Notes under the pieces: generated by a model | Told to the model about the DNA's origin: nothing | Database searches by the model: none | Seen by the model: only the letters and a program-made list of their open reading frames with translations | In this document: piece after piece, positions 11,621-24,879 of the stretch | Layout of the letters: each line of letters opens with the position of its first letter | Numbering within the stretch: position 1 is the stretch's first letter | Made by a program: the position numbers and the translations under genes | Assembly: GCF_004010195.1 (NCBI RefSeq) | Contig: NC_057752.1 | Location: 10,790,865-10,854,864 of the forward strand | Direction of reading: 5' to 3' | From: Chiloscyllium plagiosum | Taxonomy: Eukaryota | DNA: 64,000 nucleotides

Positions 11621-14532
11621 TATTAGAGATGATTGCCCTACTGAGGGAGAAATCTTGAAGATCATCTTAGCTGTTTCTGCTGGGAATGTAAGCCAATCAA
11701 TATAAAAGCTGCATCTCGGAGGCTAAAAACTTTCAAAGGCAAGTATTGTTGCAACCACCTAAAGAAAGTGATGCATGAATAGGAAGGGTTTGGACGAGTT
11801 GGACCGAAGGGTCTGTTTCTGTGCTGTACATCTCTATGACAAGGGAAGTTATGGAAATTAAACAAACATCTTTATGGGTAGAATGATGCTGCGAGGACAC
11901 AGCATTTCTCAGTTAAGTCCATCCTGCTGAAAGTAGGTTACATTCAACTGGAAGCAGCCTCAGTAATGTTCTACTGGTATCACAGAGAGAGGTGGCAGGT
12001 ATCTTTAGGATGATTGTTTTCTCTAGGGAAGGTGTACTGAATTTTAACAAAGTGCAACAGATAAAATTGAAGGAGTTTAAGATTGGAGGTCAGACTTCAG
12101 GAGCTTTTAAATGTACAGGGTTAAACATTAAGGGGAATAAGGAAGGAATGGCTTTGGATCAACAGTTTAGGAAAGTCTTAATTACATTCCGGAAAGTCAG
12201 GCCAGGTCCTCGTGTGATTATGCATTCAGAAAAGCAGACCAGTTAAGAAAGCTGATTTGAAGTTAAATTGGTTATGCACTCAGGCTGCATCTCTTCACTG
12301 GTTTGGCATATTGGAATGACTTACTATGATGGAACATGCTACCGTTAAGTCTTGAGAGCATCAGAAAAATGCTTGGATCCAGTGCTTCACGTGCTAAACT
12401 TGAGTCGGCTATTATATTACAAAGTTCATCATATTCTTTGTGGGAAAAAATAATAAATGTTGCCAGTTGGGCCTGGGAAGCTAAGCCAATAAAAAGGCTA
12501 TGCAAAAGTGCCTTAGCTGCTGAAACATAGATACTAGCAGATGCTATAGATACACAGGATTATCCTGATCCAATATTCTGCAGGAAATCCAATACAAGGG
12601 GCAACATGTGGAAGGTTCACCTCTAGAACGTTTTGTGGATAACGTTTTGGGACAATGAATATTCAACAAAGATGTTGCTGAGGTTTGACCTTTGTTTGCA
12701 TAAAAGAAATGTTAGAAAGGAAATAGATTTCCAAATTAAAGCGAGTTGATGCAAGTCACCATTTATCAAATATTTCACAAGAGGTGATTGCTTCAAGAAA
12801 TTATTGGAGATCCGCAAAGAGGAGCACCTGGTGGTATGAAGCACTTGCTGTTTTATTTAAATTTTTTTTTGCTAAAGAAAAAGGGGGAAGAATAGGAAAT
12901 ATAATATGAAAAAGTAATTGTGCCTGATTGGTTAAGTTCTCAACTGCGATATAGGAAAAGGCATAATTGTTCATTTTCATCAAGCCATACAAACAATCCT
13001 TAAACAAGGCTTTGCTTTAAAAATTTAGTAAGCAATTAAATAGGTGATTTGCATTTATTGATGAATTAATTGACTACATAGATATAAAGGTGGAACAGGT
13101 GTGAAGTAGTTGTGGGACTGAATAGTTAAGCTCTATCCACAAAGGAAGGCATCTTGGTTTTTGTATCACCAACTGGTTTTGACCCAAGTTGACATCAAAA
13201 ACTAGAAAACAGAAGAGCTATGATTAAAATTCAGAAGCACCTTTAAAATTTCCTAGTGTTACAATATAAGGCACTGCTGTTCCAAGTAAAGTCACCACAG
13301 TGACATGGGATGGCATACAGCAGGGATTATTCCACGTATAAAGTAATCAACACACAATACTAAATAATTAAACACCAAACAGTAAACACTGAATAATCTA
13401 GTAAGTGTAATTTCAGATTCACATTTCCCAGCTCGGATGTTGATTTTCACAAAAGTTTTTCAGAGATGACTATGGATTATCCCCTGACATCACATGTTTT
13501 GATCGTGAGATCAGAATCCATGAAACACAAACAGAATACATTAGTATAATTCAGGAAGAGAGGACAGTTTACATGTAATAAAAAACCAGGTCCACAGAAA
13601 GTGGAAAATTGCTGAATAACAGTCTGAAATTTCCTTGGAAAGCAAAAGTTCAATCAATATGGCCTTTGTTTAAGAGCAGTACGTTCATTAGGTGCTGGAA
13701 GCAGAATTACACCACCAAAGGAGAAAACATACAAATGCTACCGATCTTGGAAAAATGCACACTATATCCTGTATGCAATTTCATCTGGTGTCTCCCATCT
13801 CTAATTTCAGAATTTAATGAAAACCTAATCAAGAAGAAAAAAACAGTTCTGAATGAGTCATTTGTGCTGCATATGTCTTGTGGGGGGTGGTTGGCTTAAG
13901 TATCTTGAAGAATTGCAGAGAGAATAAAGCTTTCATTTTGAAAGTGCTAAGGGAAGCTATTTCAGTGTGAGATGTGATCCTCCTACTGAGAGTCTGAGGA
14001 TTTCATTCACACCCACACACAGATTCTGTAACAATTGACGTAGATGGTGGATGAAGAGCTGAAATTCATGAATTACTGCAGTGGAGTTCCCATCAACCAG
14101 TGCAACTGCCTGCAATACACGTGTTGAAACCAGATCAAGGAAGTTTTCTGCTATTGGTAAAACTATTTTATGAAAAACTAGGTCACAGTTTCAGAACAAT
14201 TTTGTTTGAAACTATACAGAAAATATGACAGAATGAGAGCTAAGAATTTACTCCATCAGGTAGCTGTATGGTTTACTGTAAACCTCTGCACGGCTCATTA
14301 TAAGCTTCTGTACATTAATGCAGTATTTCACCAGTATGAGACGGTGGTATTTGAGAGCAGGGCAGGCTACACTGGTGAAGGGGCATTCAGCTGCAAACTG
14401 CTGATGCACCTAATAATCCAAAAAACTGGAACAGCCTTTCATGCATTTGAAAGATATAGTTTACATAACATTCCAGACGAGATCCCGAATCCATGCTAAC
14501 TACATTCACCCAAGCCAGAGGCACACAAATCA

Positions 14533-14706
14533 GAATCGAGCGTGGGGTGCTGGAAACGCACAGCAGGTCAGGCAGCAGCTGAGAAGCAGGAGAATCGACG
14601 TTTCGGGCATAAGCCCTTCATCCTGATGTGCTGCCTGGCCTGCTATGCTTTTCTAGCACCACACTCTCGACTCTGATTTTCAGCATCTGTAGTGCTCACT
14701 TTCTTC
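14533..14706. mobile_element. Penelope pLTR-derived hairpin insertion (family A), truncated hammerhead
   Basis: Inverted arms of the CAGCAGGTCAGGCAGCA motif; TSD CACACAAATCA at 14522-14532 and 14707-14717. Confidence 0.85.
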
Positions 14707-15159
14707 CACACAAATCAAATGCCAGCCATCACATAGATTACGGTTACAAAATGGTATCCAGTGGATAAAATAGCAACATTATTCAGTGATTATGTGCAAG
14801 CCTTGTGCTTTAAGGGCTAAACTCAATCAAACTGAATAAATCTTCAAAAGCCTGATGAATTTTGTAGATGAGATTAAATGCAATAATGTTCACAAATGTT
14901 AATGTTGACACAAATCCTGGTTGAACAAAAACAGGCTCCTTTCCTGCTTGATACAAGGTGCACTGAACCTTCCCACTATCCCAATAAGCAGCATGTCTGC
15001 AAAAGCTGAAATGAAGGAATGAGCTGGGAGGCACAGAGAATGCAGTTAATGATCATTTACACTCTTTTTGCCATTTTACGTTTGACCACAATTGTACTAA
15101 GATTTGACTTTGACTTTCTTTCCAAAATTGCTTTCTTCATTATAGATGGATACCACCAC

Positions 15160-15800
15160 CAAAGGTATGACATCACTGAATCCCCCATTATCAACATTCT
15201 AGGGGTGACATTGTGCAGAAACTCAAAATGGACTTGCCACATAAACACAGTTGCTACAAGAGTAGGTCATAGGCTAGGAACACTGTGGCAAATAACACAC
15301 CTTCTCACTTCCCAAAACCTGTCCGCCATCTACAAGGCACAAGTTAGGAGTGTGATGGGGCAGCTCCAACAACACTCGAGAAGCTTGGCACTATCGAGGA
15401 CGAAGCAGCCCGTTTGACTGGCACCACATCCACTCCTTCTACCACCGATGCTCAGTAGCAGCAGTGCATACCATCCAGAAATTCAAAGACCCCCAGACAG
15501 CACCTTCCAAACCCACAACCACTTCCATCGAGAAGGACAAGGGCAACAGGAACATGGGAACACCACCACTTCCAGGTCGCTCATCATCCTGAGACTTGGA
15601 AATATATTACCAACATTCCTTGAGTATCGCTGGGTCAAAATCCTGGAATCCCCTCCAAGGCTATTGTGGGTCAACCTTCGGCATATGGATTGCAGCGGTT
15701 CAAAGCAGCAGCTCATCACTAACTTCAAAGAGGAACTAGGACAGACAATAAATACTGGCCCAGCCAGCGATATCCAGGCCACACATGAAGGTAGAAAAGA
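15160..15800 (+). mobile_element. L2/CR1-group LINE 3' fragment
   Basis: NILGVT...WTCHINTVA...LSAIYKAQVRSVM; tail ATAAATACTGGCCCAGCCAGCGA. Confidence 0.8.
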
Positions 15801-15965
15801 TTGTTTTTTGGGTGGGGGCTGGGGGGTGTGACAGTAAAGTTGAGCAAAATTGTTCTCACCTCCTACACAAATACCATCCTGCAATCCCAATTCCTCCGCC
15901 TCTGCCCCCAGGAGGACCAGTTCCACCACAGAACACACCAGATGGCCTCCTTCTTTAGAGATCAC

Positions 15966-17640
15966 AGGGTAACTAGGGAGAGAATAGGGCCCCTCAAAGA
16001 TCAGCAAGGTGGCCTTTGTGTGGAGCCACAGAAAATGGGGGAGATACTAAATGAATATTTTGCATCAGTATTTACTGTGGAAAAGGATATGGAAGATATA
16101 GACTGTAGGGAAATAGATGGTGACATCTTGAAAAATGTCCAGATTACAGAGGAGGAAGTGCTGGATTTCTTGAAACAGTTAAAGGTGGATAAATCCCCAG
16201 GACCTGATCAGGTGTACCCAAAAACTCTGAGAAGCGAGAGAAGTGATTACTGGGCCTCTTGCTGAGATATTTGTATCACCGATAGTCACAGGTGAGGTGC
16301 CGGAAGACTGGAGGTTGGCTAGCGTGGTGCCACTGTTTAAGAAGGGCGGTAAAGACAAGCCAGGGAACTATAGACTGGTGAGCCTGATGTCGATGGTGGG
16401 CAAGTTGTTGGAGGGAATCCTGAGGGACAGGATGTACATGTATATGGAAAGGCAAGGACTGATTNNNNNNNNNNNNNNNNNNNNNNNNNNNNNNNNNNNN
16501 NNNNNNNNNNNNNNNNNNNNNNNNNNNNNNNNNNNNNNNNNNNNNNNNNNNNNNNNNNNNNNNNNNNNNNNNNNNNNNNNNNNNNNNNNNNNNNNNNNNN
16601 NNNNNNNNNNNNNNNNNNNNNNNNNNNNNNNNNNNNNNNNNNNNNNNNNNNNNNNNNNNNNNNNNNNNNNNNNNNNNNNNNNNNNNNNNNNNNNNNNNNN
16701 NNNNNNNNNNNNNNNNNNNNNNNNNNNNNNNNNNNNNNNNNNNNNNNNNNNNNNNNNNNNNNNNNNNACACCAAAATTGGAGGTGTAGTGGACAGCGAAG
16801 AGGGTTACCTCAGATTACAACAGGATCTGGATCAGATGGGCCAATGGTTTGAGAAGTGGCAGATGGAGTTTAATTCAGATAAATGCGAGGTGCTGCATTT
16901 TGGGAAAGCAAATCTTAGCAGGACTTATGCACTTAATGGTGAGGTCCAAGGGAGTGTTGCTGAACAAAGAGACCTTGGAGTGCAGGTTCATAGCTCCTTG
17001 AAAGTGGAGTCGCAGGTAGATAGGACATTGAAGAAGGCGTTTGGTATGCTTTCCTTTATTGGTCAGAGTATTGAGTACAGGAGTTGGGAGGTCATGTTGC
17101 GGCTGTACAGGACGTTGGTTAGGCCACTGTTGGAGTATTGCGTGCAACTGCGGTCTCCTTCCTATTGGAAAGATGTTGTGAAACTTGAAAGGGTTCAGAA
17201 AGGATTTACAAGGACGTTGCCAGGGTTGGAGGATTTGAGCTACAGGGAGAGGCTGAACAGGCTGGAGTTGTTTTCCCTGGAGTGTCGGAGGCTGAGGGGT
17301 GACCTTATAGAGGTTTACAAAATTAGGAGGGGCGTGGATAGGATAAATAGACAAAGTCTTTTCCCTGGGGGTCGGGGAGTCCAGTACTAGAGGGCATAGG
17401 TTTAGGGTGAGAGTGGAAAGATATAAAAGAGACCNNNNNNNNNNNNNNNNNNNNNNNNNNNNNNNNNNNNNNNNNNNNNNNNNNNNNNNNNNNNNNNNNN
17501 NNNNNNNNNNNNNNNNNNNNNNNNNNNNNNNNNNNNCCAGGTGCTGGCAGGTGGGACTAGATTGGGTTGGGTTATCTGGTCGGCATGGACGGGTCGGACC
17601 GAAGGGTCTGTTTCCATGCTGTACATACCTATGACTCTAT
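15966..17640 (+). mobile_element. HER1/CR1 LINE, 5'-truncated ORF2 (RT) to 3' end, with two N-gaps
   Basis: KSPGPDQVYP, WRLASVVPLFKKG..PGNYRLVSL, LYRTLVRPLLEYCVQ; tail CTATGACTCTATG. Confidence 0.95.
16465..16767. other. Assembly gap (other gaps at 17435-17536 and 23429-23671), all inside young LINEs
   Basis: Runs of N. Confidence 1.
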
Positions 17641-17969
17641 GGTTGAAGATGCCCTCCAATGCATCTCGTCCACATCCCGCACCTCCACCCTCAGACCCTA
17701 CCCCTCCAACCGTAACAAGGACAGAACCCCCCAGTTCTCACTTTCCACCCTACCAACCTTCGCAATAACCATATCATCTGCCGACATTTCCGCCACCTCC
17801 AAACAGACCCCACCACCAGGGATATATTTCTTTCCCCACAGACCCCACCACCAGGGATATATTTCTTTCCCCACCCATTTCCGCCTTCCGCAAAGACCGT
17901 TCCCTCCGTGACTACCTTGTCAGGTCCACACCCCCAACAAACCACACCCCCAACAAACCACCCTCCCGT

Positions 17970-18395
17970 CCCGGCACCTTCCCCTGCCACTGCAGGAATT
18001 GCAAAACCTGCGCCCACACCTCCTCCCTCACCACCATCTAAGGCCCCAAAGGAGCCATCCACATCCATCAACGTTTTACCTGCACATCCACTAATATCAT
18101 TTATTGTAGCCGTTGCTCCCGATGCTGTCTCCTCTACATTGGGGAGTCTGGATGCCTCCTCACAGAGCGCTTCAGGGAACATCTTCGAGACACCCGCACC
18201 AATCAACCCCACCACCCCGTGACCGAACGTTTCAACTCCCCCTCCCACTCTGCCGAGGACATGGAGGTCCTGGGCCTCCTCCACCGCCGTTCCCTTACCA
18301 CCCGACACCTGGAGGAAGAACGCCTCATCTTACGCCTCGGAACACTTCAACCCGAGGACATCAATGTGGTCTTCACCAGTTTCCTCTTTTCCCCT
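17970..18395 (+). pseudogene. Penelope GIY-YIG endonuclease region (premature stop ~18040)
   Basis: Manual translation FTCTSTNIIYCSRCSRCCLLYIGESGCLLTERFREHL...LEEERLILRLGTLQPEDINVVF. Confidence 0.85.
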
Positions 18396-18607
18396 CCCCC
18401 ACCTTACCTCAGATCCAAACTTCCAGCTCAGCACTGTCCTCATGACCTGTTCTACCTGCCTATCTCCCTTTCCACCTATCCACTCCACCCTCCCCTCTGA
18501 CCTATCACCTCCAACCCCACCCCCATTCACCTACTGTACTCTTTGCTACCTTCTCCCCAGCAACCCCCCACCATTTATCTCTCCACCCTGGAGGCTTCCT
18601 GCCTCTA

Positions 18608-18642
18608 TTCCTGATGACGGGCCTTTGCCCGAAACGTGGATT
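18608..18642 (+). ncRNA. Minimal hammerhead motif (family A) in the Penelope 3' pLTR; G at cleavage position, probably inactive
   Basis: TTC-CTGATGA-C-GGGC-CTTT-GCCC-GAA-ACGT-G-GATT. Confidence 0.75.
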
Positions 18643-19254
18643 TTCCTGATCCTCGGATGCTGTCTGACCTGCTGTGCTTTTCCAGCACCACTCTAATCTA
18701 AACTCTATTCTCATTAAATGTCTGGTGATGTGTCAACGTTGCCTCAGCCCTGGAACTATAAAAGCAATCCTCCAAAGATCAACAGCTTTGAATGAGTTTA
18801 AGCCCTAGAGTATCAGGATTCAGCAAATTCATCTTTCCACTTGCTCTTTTAATAATAGATCCAGCTTTAAAAAAAAGGTTGTTTTACGGTGCAATTGGAT
18901 ATCCTATAATCAATGCACATGTTAAAGGATATCACTCACTCACATGTGACTTTTACGTAATAGACATGGGTCCTATGGTGCATGTCTGTGGCTTTGAGGT
19001 TTCACCCTTCATACGATAACATTCCACCATGCACATTACTGTGTTTTTGCTAGCTTTCTGTACTCTCACTGTAGACATAGACTTGCAAGGCAAGTGAATC
19101 CAGAACAGCAACAGTTGAAATGAAGTTGCACTCGTTTGGAATGAGGTTTTCTTGCCTGAAGTAGGAACTAACAGCATGCCAATCTCTCATGACATTGTTT
19201 ATGTGCAGTCTGGCATTTGGAGTTTGGTTACGGTGTTTCGTATAGTTTCAAAAA

Positions 19255-21120
19255 ACACACGAAATAGGAGGAATCAGCCATCCAGCTCCTCAAGCCTGTT
19301 CTGCCAGTAAAATCATGCCTGATCCTCTACCTCAACACCATTTCCCTGCATCCCTTGATGTTTTTAAATATGGAGAAACCCATCAATCTCAGTCTTGAAC
19401 ACACTCAATGACTGAACCTCCACATCCCCTGAAGTAGAGAATTCCAAAGACTTACCTCCCTCTGAAGAAGGAATTTACCATCTCAGTCCTAAATTACCTA
19501 CCCTCAACCTGAGACTGCGTCCTGTGATTCTCAAATCCTCCATACCCCCATGCCCTTAACCTGAGACTGCGTCCTGTGATTCTCAAATCCTCCATACCCC
19601 CATGGGGGAGGGACAGACACTTCCTTACTGCGTTACCTTGTTGATTCCCCTAAGAAGCTTGTATGTTTTAATAAGGTCATCTCTAATTCTGCTTAACTAA
19701 TGAATATAGGCCCAACCTCCTCAACCTCTCCTCAAAATAATTACTCCACATACCCAGGATCAAACTAGTGAAACCTTCTCTGGTCTGTCTCCAATGGTAG
19801 TATATCTTTCCTTCAATAAGGGACCAAACATGTTCACAAAACTCCAGTTGTGGTAAGACTAGTGCCCTGTATAGTTTGAGCAATATCTCCCTACTTTTAT
19901 ACACCACTCCCTTTAAAATAAAGGCATTCCATTTTTCCGTTCCCTTATACCCACAGAAATTGGATGCTCGCCTTTTGTGATTTATGCACGAAGACTTCCA
20001 AATCCCTCTGTGCTCTAGCTTTCTGCAGTCTTTCTCCATTTTAATAATATTCAGACACTCTATTCCTCCTAACAAAGTGCATAACCTTATTTTCCCACAT
20101 TATATTTTATCGACCAAGTCTTTTGTCCACTCACTTCATCTATCTATATCCCTCTGCAGACACGTCATCCTCATCACTTGCCTTTCCATCTATTTTTGTG
20201 TCATCTTTAAACTTGCCTATAATACACTCACTTTCCTCATCCAAGTCATTCATCTATATTGTAAGTAATTGCGACCTCAGCACTGATCCCTATGGCACTC
20301 CACTACTTACAGGCTGCCCTCCCAAAAATGCCCCCCTTCCCCAACTCTCATTAATAGCCATATCTCTTTACATACCAAAATCCTAGAAGCAGCCTAATAC
20401 GTGGTACCTTGTGAAATACCTTCTGAAAATCCAAATATTGCTTTCCTTTTGTCTACCCTGCCTATTATGTCAAAGGATTCTAATAAATTTGTCAGGCATG
20501 ATTTCCACTTCATGAAGCCATGCTGACTCTGCTTGATCACATGTTGTTCCTGGAAGTGCTCATTTATAATAGATATTAACATTTTCCCAATAACAGACAT
20601 TAACTAACTGGATGCAAGTTACCTATTTTTGTCTCTTTCCTTTTTAAATAAGTGTGTTACGTCAGACGCTTCCAAACTTCTGGGACTTTTTCAGAATCTA
20701 CAGATTCTTGAAAGATTACTCAGTGCATCCACCATCTTAGTAGCTATTTTTTCAATATTCTAGGATGGATCCCATCAGGTCCAAGGGACATATCAGTCTT
20801 TAGCCCCATTAATTTCCCTAGTATTTTTTCTCTATGATAGTTATTGTAATTATTCTGTCCTCAATTTGCCTCTTGATTATTCAGAATTCTTTGAATGAAT
20901 TGAAAGTCTTCTACTGTGAAGACTGATTTATTTCTTCAATTCCTCTGCCCTTTCCTGCTTTCCCATTATTTATTTCGCCAGTCTCTTTCTCTCAGGGGCC
21001 TCTGAAACAATTAGCCTGTCTTCCTTTTCACATATTCAAAGACGTTCTTGCTGTCTGTATTGATATTACTGGCAAGTTTACCCTCAAAGTTTATCTTCTC
21101 GCTTTCTTAGGTATTTTTAA
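19255..21120 (-). mobile_element. Old CR1-type LINE ORF2 fragment
   Basis: LYRALVLPQLEFCEHVWS; IKQSQHGFMKWKSCLTNLLESF. Confidence 0.85.
19501..19604 (+). repeat. 52-bp tandem duplication
   Basis: CCCT(C/T)AACCTGAGACTGCG...ATACCCCCATG x2, one mismatch. Confidence 0.95.
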
Positions 21121-21137
21121 AAAAATATTTCCCCATA

Positions 21138-21265
21138 GGTTAGGTTAGGTGAATTGGCCATGCTAAATTGCCCATCATGTTAGGTGCATTAGTCAAAGGG
21201 AAATGGGTCTGGGTGGGTTACTCTTTGGAGGGTCAGTGTGGACTGTAGCAAATCTAATCTAAATC
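21138..21265 (+). mobile_element. HE1 SINE 3' half
   Basis: GTTAGGTGAATTGGCCATGCTAAATTGCCC...AATCTAATCTAAA. Confidence 0.8.
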
Positions 21266-24029
21266 TTCTGGTTTGATCACAAGCTTACTTTGAGTCTTAA
21301 AAATACAACGAATATGAAAAGAGAGGCTAATACGTCCTGTGAAACTTGTTTGCCATTCAATATGATCATGGCTGATTTCTGCCCCAACCCCACTTTCATA
21401 GAGTCATAGAGATGTACAGCATGGAAACAGACCCTATGGTCCAACCAGTCCACGCCGACCAGATATCCCAACTCAATCTAGTCCAACCTGCCAGCACCCG
21501 GCCCATATCCCTCCAAACCCTTCCTATTCATATACCCATCCAAATGCCCGACCCCCAGGGAAAAGACTTTGTCTATTTATCCTATCCATGCCCCTCCTAA
21601 TTTTGTAAACCTCTATAAGGTCACCCCTTAGCTTCAGGAAAAACAGCCCCAGCCTGTCCAGCCTTTCCCTATAACACAAATCCTCCAACCCAGGCAACAT
21701 CCTTGTAAATCTTTTCTGAACCCTTTCAGGTTTCACAACATCTTTCCAATAGGAAGGAGACCAGAACTGCAACCAATATTCCAACAGTGGCCTAACCAAT
21801 GTCCTGTACAGCCGCAACATGACCTCCCAACTCCTGTACTCAATACTCTGACCAATAAAGGAAAGCATACCAAATGCCTTCTTCACTATCCTATCAACCT
21901 GCAACTCCACTTTCAAGGAGCTATGAACCCAGCACCGATCCTTGTGGCACTCCACTGGTCACAGGCCTCCAGCCTGAAAAGCAACCCTCCATCACCACCC
22001 TCTGGTCTTTTACCTTTGAGCCAGTTCTATATCCAAATGGCTAGTTCTCCCTGTATTCCATGAGATCTAACCTTGCTAATCAATGTCCCATGGGGAACCT
22101 TGTCGAACACCTTACTGAAGTCCATATAGATCACATCTACTGCTCTGCCCTCATTAATCTTCTTTGTTATTTCTTCAAAAAACTCAATCAAGTTTGTGAG
22201 ACATGATTTCTCATGCACAAAGCCATGTTGACTATCGCGAATCAGACCTTGCCTTTCCAAATACATGTACATCCTGTCCCTCAGGATTCCCTCCAACAAC
22301 TAGGCTCACCGGTCTATAGTTCCCTGGCTTGTCTTTACCGCCCTTCTAAAACAGTGGCACCACGTTAGCCAATCTCCAGTCTTCCGGCACCTGACCTGTG
22401 ACCATCGATGATACAAATATCTCAGCAAGAGGCCCAGCAATCACTTCCCTAGCTTCCCACAGCGTTCTCGGGTACACCTGATCAGGTCCTGGGGATTTAT
22501 CCACTTTTAACAGTTTCAAGACATCCAGCACTTCCTCCTCTGTAATCTGGACATTTTGCAAGATGTCACCATCTATTTCCCTATAGTCTATATTTTCCAT
22601 ATGCTTTTTCACAGTAAATACTGATGCAAAATATTTATTTAGTATCTCCACAATTTTTTGTGGCTCCACACAAAGGTCGCCTTGATGATCTTTAAGGGGC
22701 CCTATTCTCTCCCGAGTTGCCCTTTTGTCCTTAATGTATTTGTAAAAATTCTTTGGATTCTCCTTAATTGTATTTGCCAAAGCGATCTCCTGTCCCCGTT
22801 TTGCCCTCCTGATTTCCCTCTTAAGTATACTCCTACTGCCTTTATACTCTAAGGATTCACTCGATCTATCCTGTCTGTACCTGATATATGCTTCCTTCTT
22901 TTTCTTAACCAAACCCTCAATTTCTTTAGTCATCCAGCATTCCCTATACCTACCAGCCTTCCCTTTCACCCGGACAGGATTATACTTTCTCTGGATTCTT
23001 GTTATCTCATTTCTGAAGGCTTCCCATTTTCCAGCCGTCCCTTTACCTGCGAACATCTGCCTCTGATCAGCTTTTGAAAGTTCTTGCCTAATACCGTTAC
23101 AATTGGCCTTCCTCCAATTTAGAACTTCAACTTTGAGATCTGGTCTATCCTTTTCCATCACTATTTTAAAACAAATAGAATTATGGTCACTGGCCCCAAA
23201 GTGCTCCCCCACTGACACCTCAGTCACCTGCCCCAAGATTAGGTCAAGTTTTGCACCTTCTCCAGTAGGTACATCCACATACTGAATCAGAAAATTGTCT
23301 TGTACACACTTAACAAATTCCTCTCCATCTATACCTTTAACACTATGGCAGTCCCAGTCGATGTTTAGAAAGTTAAAATCCCCTACCATAACCACCCTAT
23401 TATTCTTACAGATAGCTGAGATCTCCTTNNNNNNNNNNNNNNNNNNNNNNNNNNNNNNNNNNNNNNNNNNNNNNNNNNNNNNNNNNNNNNNNNNNNNNNN
23501 NNNNNNNNNNNNNNNNNNNNNNNNNNNNNNNNNNNNNNNNNNNNNNNNNNNNNNNNNNNNNNNNNNNNNNNNNNNNNNNNNNNNNNNNNNNNNNNNNNNN
23601 NNNNNNNNNNNNNNNNNNNNNNNNNNNNNNNNNNNNNNNNNNNNNNNNNNNNNNNNNNNNNNNNNNNNNNNTTGCATTGAAATAAATGCAGTTTAATTTA
23701 TTAGTCCTACCTTGTCCCTACCTGCCCTGATTGTTTGACTCACTTCTGTTCTCAGCTGTACCGGTCTCAGATCGATCTCTTTCCTCACTATCTCCCTGCA
23801 CCACCCCCCCCCACCTTACTAGTTTAAATCCTCCCAAGCAGTTCTAGCAAATTTCCCTGCCAGTATATTAGTCCCCTTCCAATTTAGGTGCAATCCGCCC
23901 TTGTACAGGTCACTTCTACCCCAGAAGAGATTCCAATGATCTAAAAATGTGAATCCTTCTCCCGTACACCAGCTCCTCAGCCATGCATTCATCTGCTCTA
24001 TCCTCCTATAGCCCTCACTAGCTCGTAGC

Positions 24030-24122
24030 TGAAAAATGTGTTGCTGGAAAAGCGCAGCAGGTCAGGCAGCATCCAAGGAACAGGAGAATCGACGTTTCGG
24101 GCATAAGCCCTTCTTCAGGAAT
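24030..24122 (-). mobile_element. 93-bp Penelope pLTR fragment (family A) inserted in HER1 ORF1
   Basis: 17-bp direct repeat CCTCACTAGCTCGTAGC at 24013-24029 and 24123-24139. Confidence 0.92.
24086..24122 (-). ncRNA. Minimal hammerhead motif (family A), core intact
   Basis: ATTC-CTGAAGA-A-GGGC-TTAT-GCCC-GAA-ACGT-C-GATTC. Confidence 0.8.
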
Positions 24123-24879
24123 CCTCACTAGCTCGTAGCACTGGGAGTAATCCAGATATTACTACCCTTGAGGACCTCCTTTTTAAATTTCTGCCTAACT
24201 CTCTGTAATCTCCCTTCAGAGTCTCAACCTTTTCCCTTCCTATGTCGTTGGTTCCAATGTGGACAATGACCTCCTGTTGGGCCCTCTCCCCTGTGAGAAC
24301 ATTCTGTACCCTCTCTGAGACATCCTTGATCCTGGCACCAGGGAAGCAACACACCATTCTGCTTGTTCTCTGCTGGCCACAGAAACGTCTGTCTGTACCT
24401 CGGACTACAGAATCCCCCAACACAATTGATCTCTTGGAAGCCGAAGTACCCCTCGTTGCATTAGAGCCAGTCTCAATACCAGAAACTCCCTTATCCCGAG
24501 TCTGTGCCAGTGTTCTGGATCGCCCAGCCTGAAGGAAACAACTGCTCAGCATTGACCCTGTCAAGCCCTCTCAGAATCTTTCATTTTTTAATAACATCAC
24601 TTCTTGTACTACCAAATTCCAATGAGTATTGGCCCAACTTGCTGAACCTTTCCCCATAGAACAACCACTTAATCTCAGGTACCATGAGAAACAAAAACTG
24701 TTTGAACATCTAAAAGCCATGGCAGAATTGTGCTGCAACTATGGAAGGGCTTGTGGTGATAACCCTTGGATACCAATAAGCCAAACATCAACACACTCAA
24801 CTGAAAACTTTCTCCTTGAAAGGCACATTGCAAAGAATCTACAGCACAAACAGGCCATTGATCCCACAGTTCAAAGTCA

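Larger units (their letters stand above)
15845..18710 (+). mobile_element. 5'-truncated Penelope-like element (Neptune-like), interrupted by HER1 at 15966-17640
   Basis: ILQSQFLRLCPQEDQFH before the insertion; after it a Cys-rich linker GTFPCHCRNCKTC, a GIY-YIG domain and a terminal pLTR with hammerhead motif. Confidence 0.9.
21398..24487 (-). mobile_element. HER1/CR1 LINE with ORF1 esterase, APE endonuclease and RT; internal deletions, defective
   Basis: ORF1 SIVLGDSVVRG...PGARIKD...IVHIGTNDIG (SGNH); ORF2 VGDFN...LDLIL...SDHN; QHGF..KSCLTNL; deletions near 21548 and 21928. Confidence 0.95.

Noticed and set aside
17691..18308. 205-aa Gly/Val-rich minus ORF and overlapping Pro-rich plus ORFs
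   Set aside because: Antisense or alternative frames of the C-rich Penelope sequence.
16243..23696. Long ORFs containing X runs
   Set aside because: Lengths are inflated by N gaps; the content is HER1 ORF2.
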